Positions 51,069 to 64,000 of a DNA stretch of 64,000 nt are shown one piece after another. Numbering within the stretch: the first letter of the stretch is position 1; every line of letters begins with the position of its first letter. The stretch is from Malacoraja senta (lineage: Eukaryota), in assembly GCA_038087875.1 (NCBI GenBank), contig JAXLNO010000423.1, positions 1-64,000 on the forward strand, given 5' to 3'. Under the pieces are notes generated by a model. The model made no database searches. It was given only the letters and a program-made list of their open reading frames with translations, and was not told the DNA's origin. The position numbers and the translations under genes were made by a program.

Positions 51069-51839
51069 TAAACATTGCAATAGTATCTGCCTCAATTATC
51101 TTCGCCGGCGGCTCGTACCCTACACCCACCACCCTTTGTGTGAAAAAGTTACCCCTCAGGTTCCTCTTACATCTTTCCCCCTTCACCTTAAACCTATGTC
51201 CTCTGGTTCTTGATTCACCTACTCTGGAAAGAAACTCAGTGCATGTACCCAATCTAATCCTCTCGTGATTTTGTACATCTTGTAAAGGTTGAGAGAATGG
51301 CCAAAAATATTGCAGATGTGGTGTAACAGAAATAAATGTGAATGTATGTGTCAGGAGGAAAAATAGGAAGTCAGTGCATTTAAACAATGTTGGATTGGGA
51401 AGTGTTGATGTATGAGGAGACTTGGGTGTTCTTTTACATCAGGCAGTGAAAGCAAACACGATACTTTAATTAAATGAAATGGTTGCATTCTTTTCATGAC
51501 CTTTCCCATGGGAACTGTTGTACTCGACGATGAAGAAACAGCAACTTATTACTAAGTCAGGATAGCGCCAACTTGAGAAGAAGTTGCAGATGATTGAATT
51601 TCCACAAGCGAGCTGCCCTTATCCTACTGAGTTGTTGAGCTGTAGATTAAGCAAGTGTTGTGTCTATAACAGTTGCAACTGAATGGTGCACACACACACT
51701 GCCGTGGTGCACCAGCGATAGAGGGAATTAATGTTTATGCTAATGATAAGGTTCCAATCAAGTGGGCCGCTTTGACCTCGATATTCTTATTATTACTCTT
51801 CTCACTTGTACCTTTTAAACAAAAGTTATTTGCTCCTTA

Positions 51840-52137
51840 TCAGTGGTGGCGCAGTGTACATCGCCAGACATCGCCAGAGACCCGGGTTCGATCCGGGTGC
51901 TGTCTGTATGCAATTTGTACATTCTCCCTGTGACCTATGTAGATTTTCTCCGGGAGCTCCGGTTTCCTCCAACACTCCAAAGACGTACAGGTTTGTAGGT
52001 TAATTGGTTAGGTAAAATTGTAAGCTGTCCCTAGTATGTTTAGAATAGTATTAGTGTGCAGGGTTCGTTGGTTGGCATAGACTTGGTGGGCCGAAGGGCC
52101 TGTTTCCACACTGTATCTCTAAACTAAACTGAACTAA
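51840..52137 (+). mobile_element. V-SINE (HE1-like); further copies at 52440-52745 (+), 53050-53345 (-), 58265-58546 (+), 60616-60925 (-)
   Basis: gagacccgggttcgatcc, V-domain, gggcctgtttccacactgtatctctaaact tail. Confidence 0.8.
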
Positions 52138-53756
52138 TGGGAAGGTCAGCAGGTGAGTCAACTTACCTGAGGAAACATTGCCTCTGACTGACTCCTCATA
52201 TAATCATTGTATTCATGTGGCTAGTCCTGCTGGCCTAGTGCCGACCTGCAGCTCATTGATGTTGGGAGCTTTAGGAGATTTTAAAGGTGGTAATGTCACT
52301 GAGTGTAACAATAGGTTGATTACAATTTTCCACATTAAAGACACCTGGTTATTTTTTCCTCATCAGTTTGAATATTTTCTAGGTCTCTATCCAAGAATGT
52401 TTTCCAGATCCACTGGACAGTACAACAGTACAGCTATTGGAGAACTGGGTTCAATCCTCACCTTGGGTGCTGTCTGCGTGGAGTTTGCATGTTTTTCTTG
52501 TGACCATGTGGATTTCTTGTGAGTGCTCTGGTTTTCTCCCACATTTCAAAGACGTGCAGATTGGTAGGTTAATTGGCTGTGTAAATTGCCTTTAATGTGT
52601 AGGTGAGTGGTAGAGGTGTGGTTGATGGGAATATGGGAAGAGGTAAGATATGAGAATAATGTGGGATGAGTTTATATGGGTGGTTGATGGTGTCGACTCA
52701 GTGGGCAGAAGGCCTGTTTCTGTGCTGCACCATTCATCGACTCTGTGATTGCCAATGCTACGAAGCCCAAAAATGTCTTCATGATTTAAGGAGTTTCAGT
52801 GCTGATAATACCACTTCTCAATCTGTGATGGAGTAAGGGTCATTAGAAAAGGAGCTGAAAATGGATGAACTTGGTGTAATGCTCCGAGTGGCTCTAGCAG
52901 GGATGTCTCAAGGTTGATATGGTTGTCATGAAATAACCCCAAGTATCTTCCTTTGTACTGATTCAGCCAAATCTTGATTTTTTTCTTGATTCCAAATAAC
53001 CTCAGTTTTGCCAGGGTTCATACTGAAGCAACCATGGTGTTGAAGTCTTTAAACCTTAGACTAGAGATACAGCATGGAAACAGGCGCTTTGGCCTATGAA
53101 GTCCACACTGACCAACATTCTCCCTGTACACTAGCACTACCTTCCACCCTAGGAACAATATATAATTTTACCAAAGCCAATTAACCTACAGCCCTGTACG
53201 TCTTTGGTGTGTGGGAGGAAACTGGAGCACCCAGAGAAAACCTCTGCGGTCACAGGGAAAACATACAAGCTCCGTACAGACAGCAGCCATAGTCAGGATT
53301 GAATCTCTGGCACTGTAAGACAGCAACTCTATCGCTGCGCCATTGTACCACCCCTTTTTTCTATTTGCGACTAGTATCTGAAAGGCCCTGAAGGGTTGTT
53401 AATTCTTCAGGCTGGGAGCTAGTTAATCACTAACTGATTTAAAACATTCATTATTTCTGCTGCAACAAAGGCAACAGGTAAGAATATACCCTTACTGACG
53501 GCTGACAATTCATTCAAACATTTTAGATTTTTTTCCATGTTTGGACCAAGGCTGCAATATGCACTGGAACAGACAGATCTTGCCAAAAACCCAAACTGAG
53601 CATAAGGGAGGAAGTAAATGCTCTTTAATCGCATTGCTGATAACACCTTTCATTACTTTGCTGATGATTGAGAATAAATTCATGGTGGAAATGCCAGGCA
53701 GAATTTGTCTTGCTTTTGTGTGCAAGATTTACCTGGGCCTTTTCCCAGCTTGATGG

Positions 53757-54535
53757 TGTGAATATGATCCTAAAGCTTACCCCCCTTAGTTTAGTTCAGT
53801 AAAAATACTGAGTCAAGCACTGGACCAACTAATCTTCATTATTGAACGAACAACAAATTCTCCTATACGATACCTAAACCACCGCGGGTTCGATCCTTGT
53901 CTCTGTCTGTCCAAGCCCTTCAGCCTCGTGTAAGCAGACACTACCAAAGGTCACTCAGTCCCAAGCGCTCTTCCAGAAGACCGACACCGATCTAAATGGG
54001 GCTACCTTTTATAGGTCAACAAACCTTAAGGGGCCGAACTACATAGGGGTGGTTCCCCTTACAAACCAATCATACATATCAATTACATCAAAGTATTATT
54101 GACAGTTCCCCAACCCAATTTCAAAGAGTCCCAAACAATGTTTCTACAGAAGCTTCTGGAAGGAAGTCAGCTTAACTGACTATTCCAGGGTAAATGCAAC
54201 ATTTACCCTGGAATACAAACAATTCAGCCAGGGCTTCACACTCTGGCCAATCACCGAACAGCAGGGTAACTGTCTTGCAACATTATTTACATTATTTACA
54301 ATCCCTCTCCAGTAATCCAATCAAACCCATGCATTTAAGTTTATTTGCAAAGTCCTCATACATAATATCAATTAGGAGGATGTTTGGATCTTTCCCCATC
54401 CTGCATATCAATCTAAGGCTCAGACTGGCTGATGCCATTAACAACCTGTAATTTTCCACTGACAAAGGTTAAGCAATTCTTACAAATGCAGGGATCCTCC
54501 ATTTTGTAGTGTCTTCAATTTGGTCAATATTAACA
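53757..54535 (-). mobile_element. Solo LTR (779 bp; ERV or Gypsy type)
   Basis: TG...CA with imperfect inverted termini (tgtgaatatga / tcaatattaaca) and 4-bp TSD atgg (53753-53756, 54536-54539). Minus-strand TATAAAAG at 54013-54006 and AATAAT near 53840. Confidence 0.75.
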
Positions 54536-54989
54536 ATGGGTAATGCCAATGCTGGAGCTGCATTGAAATCCTGTAATTACCTGCCTTGAGGTGCCAATGG
54601 TAATGGAAATAATTTCAGATGATAGCTGGTAAGGTTTCATTGGTGTGCCCATTGCAGTCAGCTATTCCCTGACATTACGTTGAATGAATCAAGTTAACTG
54701 AAGATTGGTTTAGTTACTGTTGAGGTTCTCAGGAAAAGAACATGTTGGATTGACTACTTGGTATCTGTGACTGTAGAGAGTTGTGATACTTTAAGCATTG
54801 ACCTGCTGGGGTTTGGCAAAAAATGAGGATTGGGTTGTCCATGAGGTCCCCTCCTTCCAGCTCATTACATGCTGTAGATTGACTGAAGAGTTTTGATCTG
54901 ATCAATAGGTTGAGCTACTAGTTATTTCTGGGTCCTGTGTGGTGACATTGGATAGCGAATGTCTCCAATGGACCAGAGATAAAAAATTC

Positions 54990-55860
54990 AATTCAATTTC
55001 AATTTATTTGTCTTTTGGACAAATTTGTCATTTGGACCCCTTGAGGTCCAAATGAAATGTCGTTTCTGCAGCCATACAATACAAAACAAAGAAGACCCGA
55101 GACACAACACAATTTACACATACATCCATCACAACGCTATGATGGAAGGCAAAAAAAACGTATCTCTCCACTGCACTACCCCCCCCCCCCCCCGATGTCA
55201 GAGTCAAAGTCAAAGCCCCCGGCGGGCGATGGTGATTATCCCGCGGCCATTAAAGCCACGCCGGGTGATGCAAGGTCGCGCACCGGGTCTTGGTGTTAGT
55301 GCCCCGGCGTGTGCCCGCAAACTTCGGCGGCCATTCCAAGCCGCGCGGGGGGATAAAGCCCCGCTCCAGGTGCTCTTCAACCCCGCAACTCGGGCGGGAG
55401 AAGTCGCCGCTGCGGAAGCCCCGAAAAGCGGTCTACCACCAGGGAACCCGCAGGCTTCCAGTGTTGCCGTCCGCCAGACCCGCGGTTGTAGCCTCCGAAT
55501 CTCCGGCGGTCGGGTCGCAGCAGCGCTCTACCACAGCTCCACCCGCTCCGGACTCGGCCAGCCCCGTGACGGTGAGTAGTCCGCAGCTCCACAACTGGAG
55601 CCCCAGGTCGTTCCTGCTGGAGGCCGCTCCACGTTGCCCAGCCCCAACGACAACGGAGACCCGACAAAGAAAAGGTCGGGTCTCCCGTGCAGGGGAAAGA
55701 TTTCAAAGTTTCCCCCCCCCCCACCCCCACCCCCACCCCCCCACACACATACCCCGACAAAAAAATAAATAAAAAACTACATAAAAACGAGACAAAAATA
55801 ATAAAAAGACAGACGGACTGCAGAGGCCGCTGCAGACGAAAGTCGCGCCGCGCACAAATA
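54990..55860 (-). mobile_element. GC-rich non-autonomous retroposon
   Basis: Same architecture as the other copies; tail atttcattt..tgacaaataaattgaaattgaattgaa. Confidence 0.65.
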
Positions 55861-56844
55861 TCACGCTACATTTAATTTACTAATGAAGGTGAGGCAAGCT
55901 GCAGCAGTGACTTTCCAGTCATGCAAGCAGTGCTCGAGCTCTGGCAAAGGGCCCGTTGTTTATTTAAGCACTTTTACGTAAAGCAGAATGTCTTTTGTTT
56001 TAAGTCCCACTCCGGATATATCAGATGCCAATGTATCATAGTATGCCAGCAGCACATTATGATACATTGGCCGCAAATAAGCACAACCACCTTCCTGTGC
56101 ACATGTTATCACCAGCTGGTGAAGAGCATTCATCTCCGTTCCCACCAGCTCATTCACTTTTTGGATGCACCATCCCCTAAACGGGATGTTCAACCGAATG
56201 AGGCTTAAAGATCCCAAGGCACTCTTCCAGGTATTGGATGGGTATTCCTCCAGTCTCAAGGCCACCATTTATCCCTCAACCAGTGCTTTAAGAAAGGGAT
56301 TGTTGATTCACAGTTCTCCTGCTCTTTGTTTCCTTCACACAATAGCAAACCCACTTGAGTGAAGTGAGTGTACAGTGCTTTGAAGGACTAATCATGCTGG
56401 ATATCAGCATGCATAATCAATATAAACCCTCAAAATGTAGTGACTATTTGTATAATGGTTACAAGCTTGTTCTGCACTACGTCTTGTGTTTCCATGCCTC
56501 TTCCACCCTTCACAACCATCCAAACTTGCAGGAAGCTGAGGCTCCCGACCTCTGCAAGCACCAGTTACCACTCAGTGTTTACTCATGGTTATTGTCTTTG
56601 TGTGAAGCATGGCAGCCAGAGGGGGCAACGACCAATTCCAGTCCTGATCATTCCCAATATCCTCAACTAATAAACAAAAATGAATAGCTTGGCAAATTGG
56701 ACACAATCAAATTTTCACCTTTAATTAACCCTGACTCCTCCTGCGAGGAAAGCTTTATGAGAATATAGAATTTTGAATTATACATGATGCCTGTGCCAAA
56801 TATGATTTCAATTTAAACTAATCCCATCTGTTTGTAGGGAGATA

Positions 56845-57200
56845 AGTTCATAAGTTCATAAATTACAGGAGCAGAATTAGGCCATTCGGCCCATCAAGTG
56901 TACTCCACCATTCAATCATGGCTGATCTATCTTTCCCTCTCAACTCGCATTACCATGCCTTCTCCCCATAACCCCTGACACCCTTACTAATCAAGAACCT
57001 ATCAATCTCCATCATATGAATATCCATTGACTTTGCCTCCATAGCCTTCTGTGGCAATTAATTCCACAGATTCACCACCCTCTGACTAAAGAAATTCCTC
57101 CTCATCTCCTTTCTAAAGGGACGTCTTTTTACTCTCAGGCTATGGCCTCTGGTCCGAGACTCTCCCGCTAGTGGAAACATCCTCTCCACGTCCACACTAT
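56845..57200 (-). mobile_element. CR1-type LINE 3' fragment
   Basis: ESRTRGHSLRVK..NFFSQRVVNL remnant; (ttatgaac)n tail. Confidence 0.8.
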
Positions 57201-60200
57201 CCACACAAATGGCTCATATCCCTTCTATTCCCTGTCTGTTCATGTTTCCATATAAATCTCTTAAACGTTGCTATCATTTTTGCTTCCATCGCCTCCACTG
57301 GCCACGTGTTCCAGGCACCTACCAGTCTGTGTGTAAAAAAACTTGCCTTGTTAATCTCTTTAAACTTTCCCACTCTCACCTACAAGCAATGCCTTCTAGT
57401 ATTTGACATTTCAAACTTTCATATTTGTCCAGATTAAATCACATCTGCCTTGCTTTGCCCATATTTCCAACTGCTCTATATCCTGCTGAATCCTTTCACA
57501 CCCTCCCTCACCATTTACAACTCTGCATTTCTTCACGTTGTCTGCAAACATACTAATCTACAACACTCTCTAGGGTCCTGCCATTTACTATATTTCAACT
57601 TAACAAAATGCAATGTCACATATTTATTTGAGTTAAATTCCGCCTGCCATTCCCCGGCCCACTTCCCCAGTTTATCAAGATCATGTTGTAATCTTAAATA
57701 ATCCTCTTCATTTCCCCCAAAGCACTAAAGGGAACCCATTAAATCCCTCTGGTCCTGAGGACAATACTCTTTTAAGACCTCCTTCTTCTATCAGCACACA
57801 CCTCCCTGATCTCGCTACCATCCATGTCCTTCTCCTTTCATTTGGTCCATATCCCTCTAAACCTGTCCTATCCATTGCATGTCCAAACCTGCCCTGGCTG
57901 GAATTACTTCGAATGAAGTAGGTTTTCGGGTAAAAGGGCAAAAAAATATAATGTTGCTAAAACCCACCTGGGATAGTTCCTGTTTCCCAGTTGATGCAGG
58001 AAATAGTTTCCTTTCACAAGTCATGCATATAGATTGGTACCTTTTAACAGAAAATACAAGTTAAAACATTCAAATTGCTTTCAATTCTAGCTGCGCTTCA
58101 GAAGAAAGAAAATAATTAAATTTTCCATTGTGCCTCCTCTAACCTCAAGGTGTCTTAAAGTATTAAAATCAATTGAAGTAATTTTGGGATATAGTAATTT
58201 TCATAAAGGGAGAAAACCAGCAGCTATTGTATGTGCAGCAGGTTGCCACAAATGGGCAGCACCATTGCTGCCTTACAGCACCAGAGAGCTGGATTCGATC
58301 CTGACTATGGGTGCTGTCTGTATGGAGATTGTACATTCTCCCTGTGACTGTGGGTTTTCTCTGGGTGCTCTGGTTTCCTCCCACATTCCAGACGTGCAGG
58401 TTTGTACGTTAATTGGCATCTGTAAATTGCCGCTAGTGTTGAGGATAGAACTAGTGTACAAGTGATTGTTGGTCGGTGTGGACTCAGTGGACCAAAGGGC
58501 ATGTTTCCACACTGTATCTCTAAAACTAAACCAAACTAAACTAAACAACATGACGTAACGACCGGATAATATACTTCAGTGATGCTACTAGCCTTTGACA
58601 ATGCAGTGGTCATCCAACTTCTTCAGCTCCAGTTCATGTGGTGGTGATGCTGTAAGATATCTTACCAAATAGTTTTGCTCAACTTAGTGAATACACTCAG
58701 TCTGTCACAGTACATTAATACAATCTGTCTCCTCGATCACTTCAATATGCTGTGAAGAGAGATCCAGTCAGGGACCATAGGTATACCAATGCATTAAATT
58801 CCCAGATGGGCAAGCATGCATGGTATTGACTTGTTTTTTAATAGGCATTAACCACATAATTGGGGGATTGAAGTTACATGTGGCTACACGGACCATGAAT
58901 GGCATTGATGAACTTATTCATCACTGTGATAATTCAACAGTTTTAATGGCTGTTTACTCATGCAAGTTTGTAAATTACCAGCATTTAAAATTAAAAAAAA
59001 CACTTTGTATACAAATACAAATAACAACATTACAAATGCAGTCCTGCATAGTTCCTGTACCGTAACCTCAGCCATCCTTTGACACTTTTCTAGGTTACCT
59101 TTAAAGAAAAAATATAACTTGCATCAATTCAGCACCTTTCACTTACCCCACACATACTGAATCCATTCACAGTCACTGACATATGTTTGAATTGTAATCA
59201 CTGCTGTAATAAATACAGAAAGTGATTGTACTGAGCACGATTGCATAAACTTTTTCTTACGCTGTCCCTTGGGGTCAAGAATGATTTCCTGCTATTCTGC
59301 TTTTATAGCTTCTGGGGAACCGAGGATACCACAGATTCTTCCATGGATGGGGCTGAAGGTGGTTAATGTAGTGCGTGAGTCATTGCCCCCTTTCCCCACT
59401 TACATGGGGATTCTGTGTCTTCTAGGTGCATGGATCGAGGTTCTCGACATCATACCAACAGCTCCTTCGCCACTTTGAGTGTTCACGGGCTAGAGGATTC
59501 CTGGAAATCTTATCTATTTTCAAGAAGGCCCTTGATTGTACCCTTGAATCTATTCCTCTAGTTTTTTTTTGGTAATTCCTTCGCATAACTGAGCCTGGAA
59601 TAGAAGGACTAGTTTGGGAATCCAGTGTTGGGCATGCAAAGCCATAACCTGTCCAACACAGGCTGCTGATTGTAACTAGAGCCCCAAACTGGACATGAGC
59701 AAAGCTACCACTGCCTTTCTCTTAGCTTCCTGCATCTCCACAATATACAGTAAAAAAAATGTGCAGAGTTTGGGATGCCATTCAGCTGCCAACATAATTT
59801 GCTAAAGTCCTTTGCCTGTGACAGAACTACTGCCTCCTTCTCTTCCAGATTTCAAGAGGGTCAAGAGAGAAGAATTAAGTGTGCTTTATTGTCATATGTC
59901 CCAGATAGAACAATGAAATTCTTACTTGCAGCAGCACAGACTATGTAAACATAGTACACTGTAAACAATATAATAAAGGAAAAACATGTTCAGTGTGTGT
60001 ATTTGTATCATTTTCCATGGCTTTGACATTTCATACAAACATTTAACATTTAACACATTTAACACAGACTGCTGTGGAGGCCAAGTCAATGGATATATTT
60101 AAGGCGGAAATGAACAGATTCTTGATTAGTAGAGATGTTACGGATTATGGGGTGAAGGCAGGAAAATTGGGTAGAGAAGGAAAGATAGATCAGGCATGAT

Positions 60201-61524
60201 TAAATGGTGGGGTAGGCTTGATGGGCCGAATGGCCTTATTCTGCTCCTAGAACTTATGAACTTAAGAACATGAAATTTAGAAATTTGAAAGATGTCTAGG
60301 TGCGGTGAAATTGTCAGTTATTTCTTGAATGATGGCACTACTCGCAGATGTATCAGTCAGAGAGTCAAAGAGCCAGAAGCAGGACGTTTGGCCCACCTGT
60401 TCTATGCTGACCATTAAGCATTCAATTGTACTAATCGTAGCTTAGTTTCTCTACATTCCCATCAACACCATCCAAGATTCTCTTATCCACCTACACTTTA
60501 GTGGCCAATTAACTCAGCAGCCTGTGCATCTTTGGAAATTGTACGAACTTCCTCGATAAGAGCTTAGGTTGGTGTGGCAAAAGGCTTGAAATCGCATCAG
60601 TGTCAGCTACTTATTTTAGTTTAGTTTAGAGATACATCGTGGAAACAGGCCCTTTAGTCCACAGTGTTCATGCTGACCATCGATCCCTGCACACTAACAC
60701 TATCCTACACACACTAGGGGCAATTTAGAATTTTACCAAGCCAAGTGGCCTACAAATGTGCAGGACTTTGGAGTGTGGGAGGAAACCGGAGATCCTGGAA
60801 AAAACCCATGCAGGTCACAGGGAGATCGTACAAACTCCATGCAGACAGCACCCGTAGTCAGGATTGAACCCAGATCTCTGGCGCTGTAAAGCAGCAACCC
60901 TACTGCTGCGCCAATGTGCCGCCCATAAGTACAGTAAATGCCCAAAGAATTCTATGCTTCCTTTGGAAGAAAATATTAAAATCCTTTCTTACTTAATTTT
61001 GATCGGAATTGAACAAGGTAACGAAACGGTGTGTGGAGGTGGCAATTGACATTTCTCGTTGAGCAGGTGTAGAAGAGATTCGTGGGAATCAGTAAAATAA
61101 GATTTAGACGCATAACCTCTTGTGGTGAATGGTGAATGTAAACATATCAAAATTAGGACAGAGATAAGAAAGCTTGTTTTCCTCTGTGGGAAGTTCCTCT
61201 GTGGGAAGTTACCCGTGCCACCTACCACTAGTCGCATAGAAATGTTGCAATAAATGGGGGGCTTGTGATTGGCTCGGAGTGAAGATGGTGGCGTGGTCCG
61301 CCAAAAAGGTGAGATAGAATAATGTCAAGATGCCCTTGTGTTATATTTGACTTGTTTTAACCATCTGTTGTTGACTAAGATTAACATACACAGAAAGTAT
61401 ATTATGACTATTGAATTAATTAATACCCATGTAGTAGATGGTAGTTATAGGGAAACTTATAGCCAAGGATGAAGAATATTTCCGTATGGTTGTATCGAAC
61501 AAAAAATAAAAGTTGTTTACGACC

Positions 61525-62260
61525 ACTAGGGGATGGCTGCCCTGCCGGCAGTCTGTTCGTATTTTCTTTTTTTTGTTATTTTTTAGTGCGTTAAAAGTTT
61601 GTCTTAATGTTCTTTGGTTTGTTTTATGTGGGGGGAGGGGGGAGGGGATCGATGGATACTTTTTTTCAAGCGCTTACCTTCCCGGAGATGTGATCAATTT
61701 TTCGGATCACATTCTCCTGGGCTCTGACTGCTGGAAGTCTCCTCGGACTGTCGTGAGCCCCACTGCGGGGCGCAGACTTAACATCGGAGCTGATCCCTTG
61801 CCTGGGATCGCTCCCACCACGACCACTGCGGAATCACAATCAAGGGCTCACAGTCTCGGGTGAGGCTAGTCAGGAGCTCCAACGTCGCGTACGATTTGAC
61901 CAGCCCCGACGCGAGGTTCGATCTCACGGTGCGGGGGAGCTGACATACCTCCGATGTGGGAGCTTGATTGCCTCGACGCGGAGGGCCCGAACGCCGCTGG
62001 CTACGGGAGTCAAGATCATCCCATCAACGGGGGCCCACGACCGAGGAAGAACAAAAGGAAGAGACTTGAACTTTATTTCGCCTTCCATCACAGTGAGGAA
62101 TGTGTAGGAGTCACTGTGGTGGATGTTCATGTTAAAATGTGTTTTTTTGAGTGATCTGTTGCTTTTAATTGTATGACTGACCTGGCCAATGAAATTCCTC
62201 GTATGTTGCAAAACATACTTGGCGAATAAAGTGTGATTCTGATTCTGATTCTGATTCTGA
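61525..62260 (+). mobile_element. GC-rich non-autonomous retroposon
   Basis: Same architecture; ends gaaattcctcg..gcgaataaagtg(tgattc)n. Confidence 0.65.
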
Positions 62261-62620
62261 TAAATGTCGGCTAATTCTGCTGTAGAGAAATGGTGAGCTG
62301 TTAACTACCGCCATCTCTCCATGATATCAGGCAATAAAGTCTCTTGAAGCAAACCTGCAAAGTCACCGCTTTCCATTTTCCTTTAATTTCCCTATAAATT
62401 AATTTCTTGCACAGAATATAGGGTAGTCGCCAGGATCCCAATTGTAACGGGATTCGGACGAATATAAGTAGGAAATAAATGGGAATAAAAGGGAATGATA
62501 AAACTGTCCTAACCGAAAGGGGGATGGGAGGGTTTGCCCGGGCAACCTAACTAGCCAGCTGGTTAATCACGCTTAGCCATGAGGCCTGTGGGGTGAAGCA
62601 ATGCGGCGTGCCTCAACGAC

Positions 62621-63945
62621 TGATGAAGTGCTTTGAGAGATTGATCATGGCCAAATCAACTCCTACCTCGACAAAAACCTGGACCCACTGCAGTTTGCCT
62701 ACCACCACAACAGATCAACGGTGGATGCGATCTCGCTGGCCCTCCACTCCGCTCTGGACCACTTGGACAACAAAAACTCATATGTCAGGCTGTTATTCAT
62801 TGATTACAGCTCTGCATTTAATACAATCATCCCCTCCAAGCTCTCAGATCTGGGTCTCTGCGCATCCCTCTGCAATTGGATCCTCGACTTCCTCAAAGAT
62901 CACAGACTGTTTGTATTGGTGGAAATGTGTCAGCCTCGATAACATTCAGCATGGGAGCACCTCAAGGCTGCGTGCTCAGCCCCCTGCTGTACTCACTCTA
63001 TACTCATGACTGCGTAGCCGGTCATAGTGTGAACTCCATCATCAAGTTCGCTGACGACACCACTGTTGTGGGACGTATCACTGATGGGGACGAGTCAGAG
63101 TATAGAAGTGAGATCGACCGACTGACCAAATGGTGCCAGCACAATAAACTGGCCCTCAACACCAGCAAAACCAAGGAACTGATTGTGGACTTTGGAAGGG
63201 GTAGGATGGGGACCCACAGTCCCGTTTATATCAATGGGCCGATGGTGGAGTGGGTCAAGAGTTTCAAATTCCTGGGCTTGCATATTTCTGAAGATCTCTC
63301 CTGGTCCGAGAACACTGATGCCATTATTAAGAAAGCACATCAGCGTCTCAACTTCCTGAGAAGATTACAGAGAGTCGGTATGTCAAGGAGGACTCTCTCT
63401 AACTTCTACAGGTGCACAGTAGAGAGCATGCTGTCCGGTTGCATTGTGGCTTGGTTCGGCAACTTGAGCGCCCAGGAGCGGAAAAGATTACAAAAAGTAG
63501 TAAACACTGCCCAGTCCATCATCGGTTCTGACCTCCCTACCATCGAGGGGATCTATCACAGTGGCTGCCTCAAAAAGGCTGGCAGCATCATCAAGGACAC
63601 ACACCATCCTGGCCACACACTCATCTCCCCGCTACCTTCAGGTAGAAGGTACAGGAGCCTGAAGACTGCAACGTCCAGGTTCAGAAATAGCTACTTCCCC
63701 ACAGCCATCAGGCTATTAAACTCAACTGAAACAAATCTCTGAACATTAATAGACCATTATCTGTTTATTTGAACTTTATCTGCTTATTTATTGATGTGTG
63801 TATATATTTATATAATGGTATATTGACACACTGATATGTTCTGTATTCATGCCTACTATATTCTGTTGTGCTGAAGCAAGGCAAGAATTCCATTGTCCTA
63901 TCTGGGACACATGACAATAAACGCTCTTGAATTAACTTGACTTGA
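62621..63945 (+). mobile_element. Rex1/Babar LINE, 5'-truncated, frameshifted RT
   Basis: [69 protein letters not shown]; tail caagaattccattgt..acatgacaataaa. Confidence 0.92.
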
Positions 63946-64000
63946 GAAGATAAATTGAAGCAGGTACTTTTTCATTGTACCGCTGCTGGCAAATTCATAT

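Larger units (their letters stand above)
52780..56650 (-). mobile_element. Old degenerate RT-encoding LINE, interrupted by younger insertions (outer limits approximate)
   Basis: Remnants FSIISKVMKGVIS (about 53640-53680) and FSSFSNDPYSI-like sequence near 52825-52865. Confidence 0.5.

Noticed and set aside
55025..55772. Long overlapping GC-rich ORFs (also 43140-43727, 27316-27784)
   Set aside because: Expected from GC-rich repeat bodies; not conserved between copies.
60930..62615. Possible LTR/ERV remnant around the 61525 insertion (AATAAA near 62333)
   Set aside because: No convincing TG..CA pair, TSD or primer-binding site could be fixed.

Overview
Eukaryotic, repeat-dense genomic DNA with no recognisable multi-exon host gene. 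The repeat content (many HE1-type V-SINEs, CR1/HER1-like LINE pieces, Penelope-like remnants, Rex1/Babar, L1) suggests a cartilaginous fish, probably a skate or ray; this is inferred from repeat families, not proven. Long ORFs are retroelement remnants: a Vingi/Ingi-like RT (1-1861), three 5'-truncated L1 copies and a Rex1/Babar RT (62621-63945). Highlights: (1) a 3.37-kb non-autonomous TIR element (20541-23912; 13-bp TIRs, 7-bp TSD) carrying what looks like a captured first coding exon plus splice donor of a UBA-like gene, best matching TDP2. (2) A 2.6-kb non-autonomous Helitron (27819-30415) built from two TATA+Inr promoter-like modules, each pointing into a different minisatellite; a related Helitron 3' end lies at 24902. 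(3) An L1 insertion with a 206-bp target-site duplication. (4) Four divergent GC-rich retroposons with covarying hairpins and Rex/Babar-like tails. (5) Penelope-associated minimal hammerhead motifs. (6) A 2-kb foldback element, a solo LTR and a GAA-tailed retrocopy. All family assignments are from recall of motifs; no database search was run.
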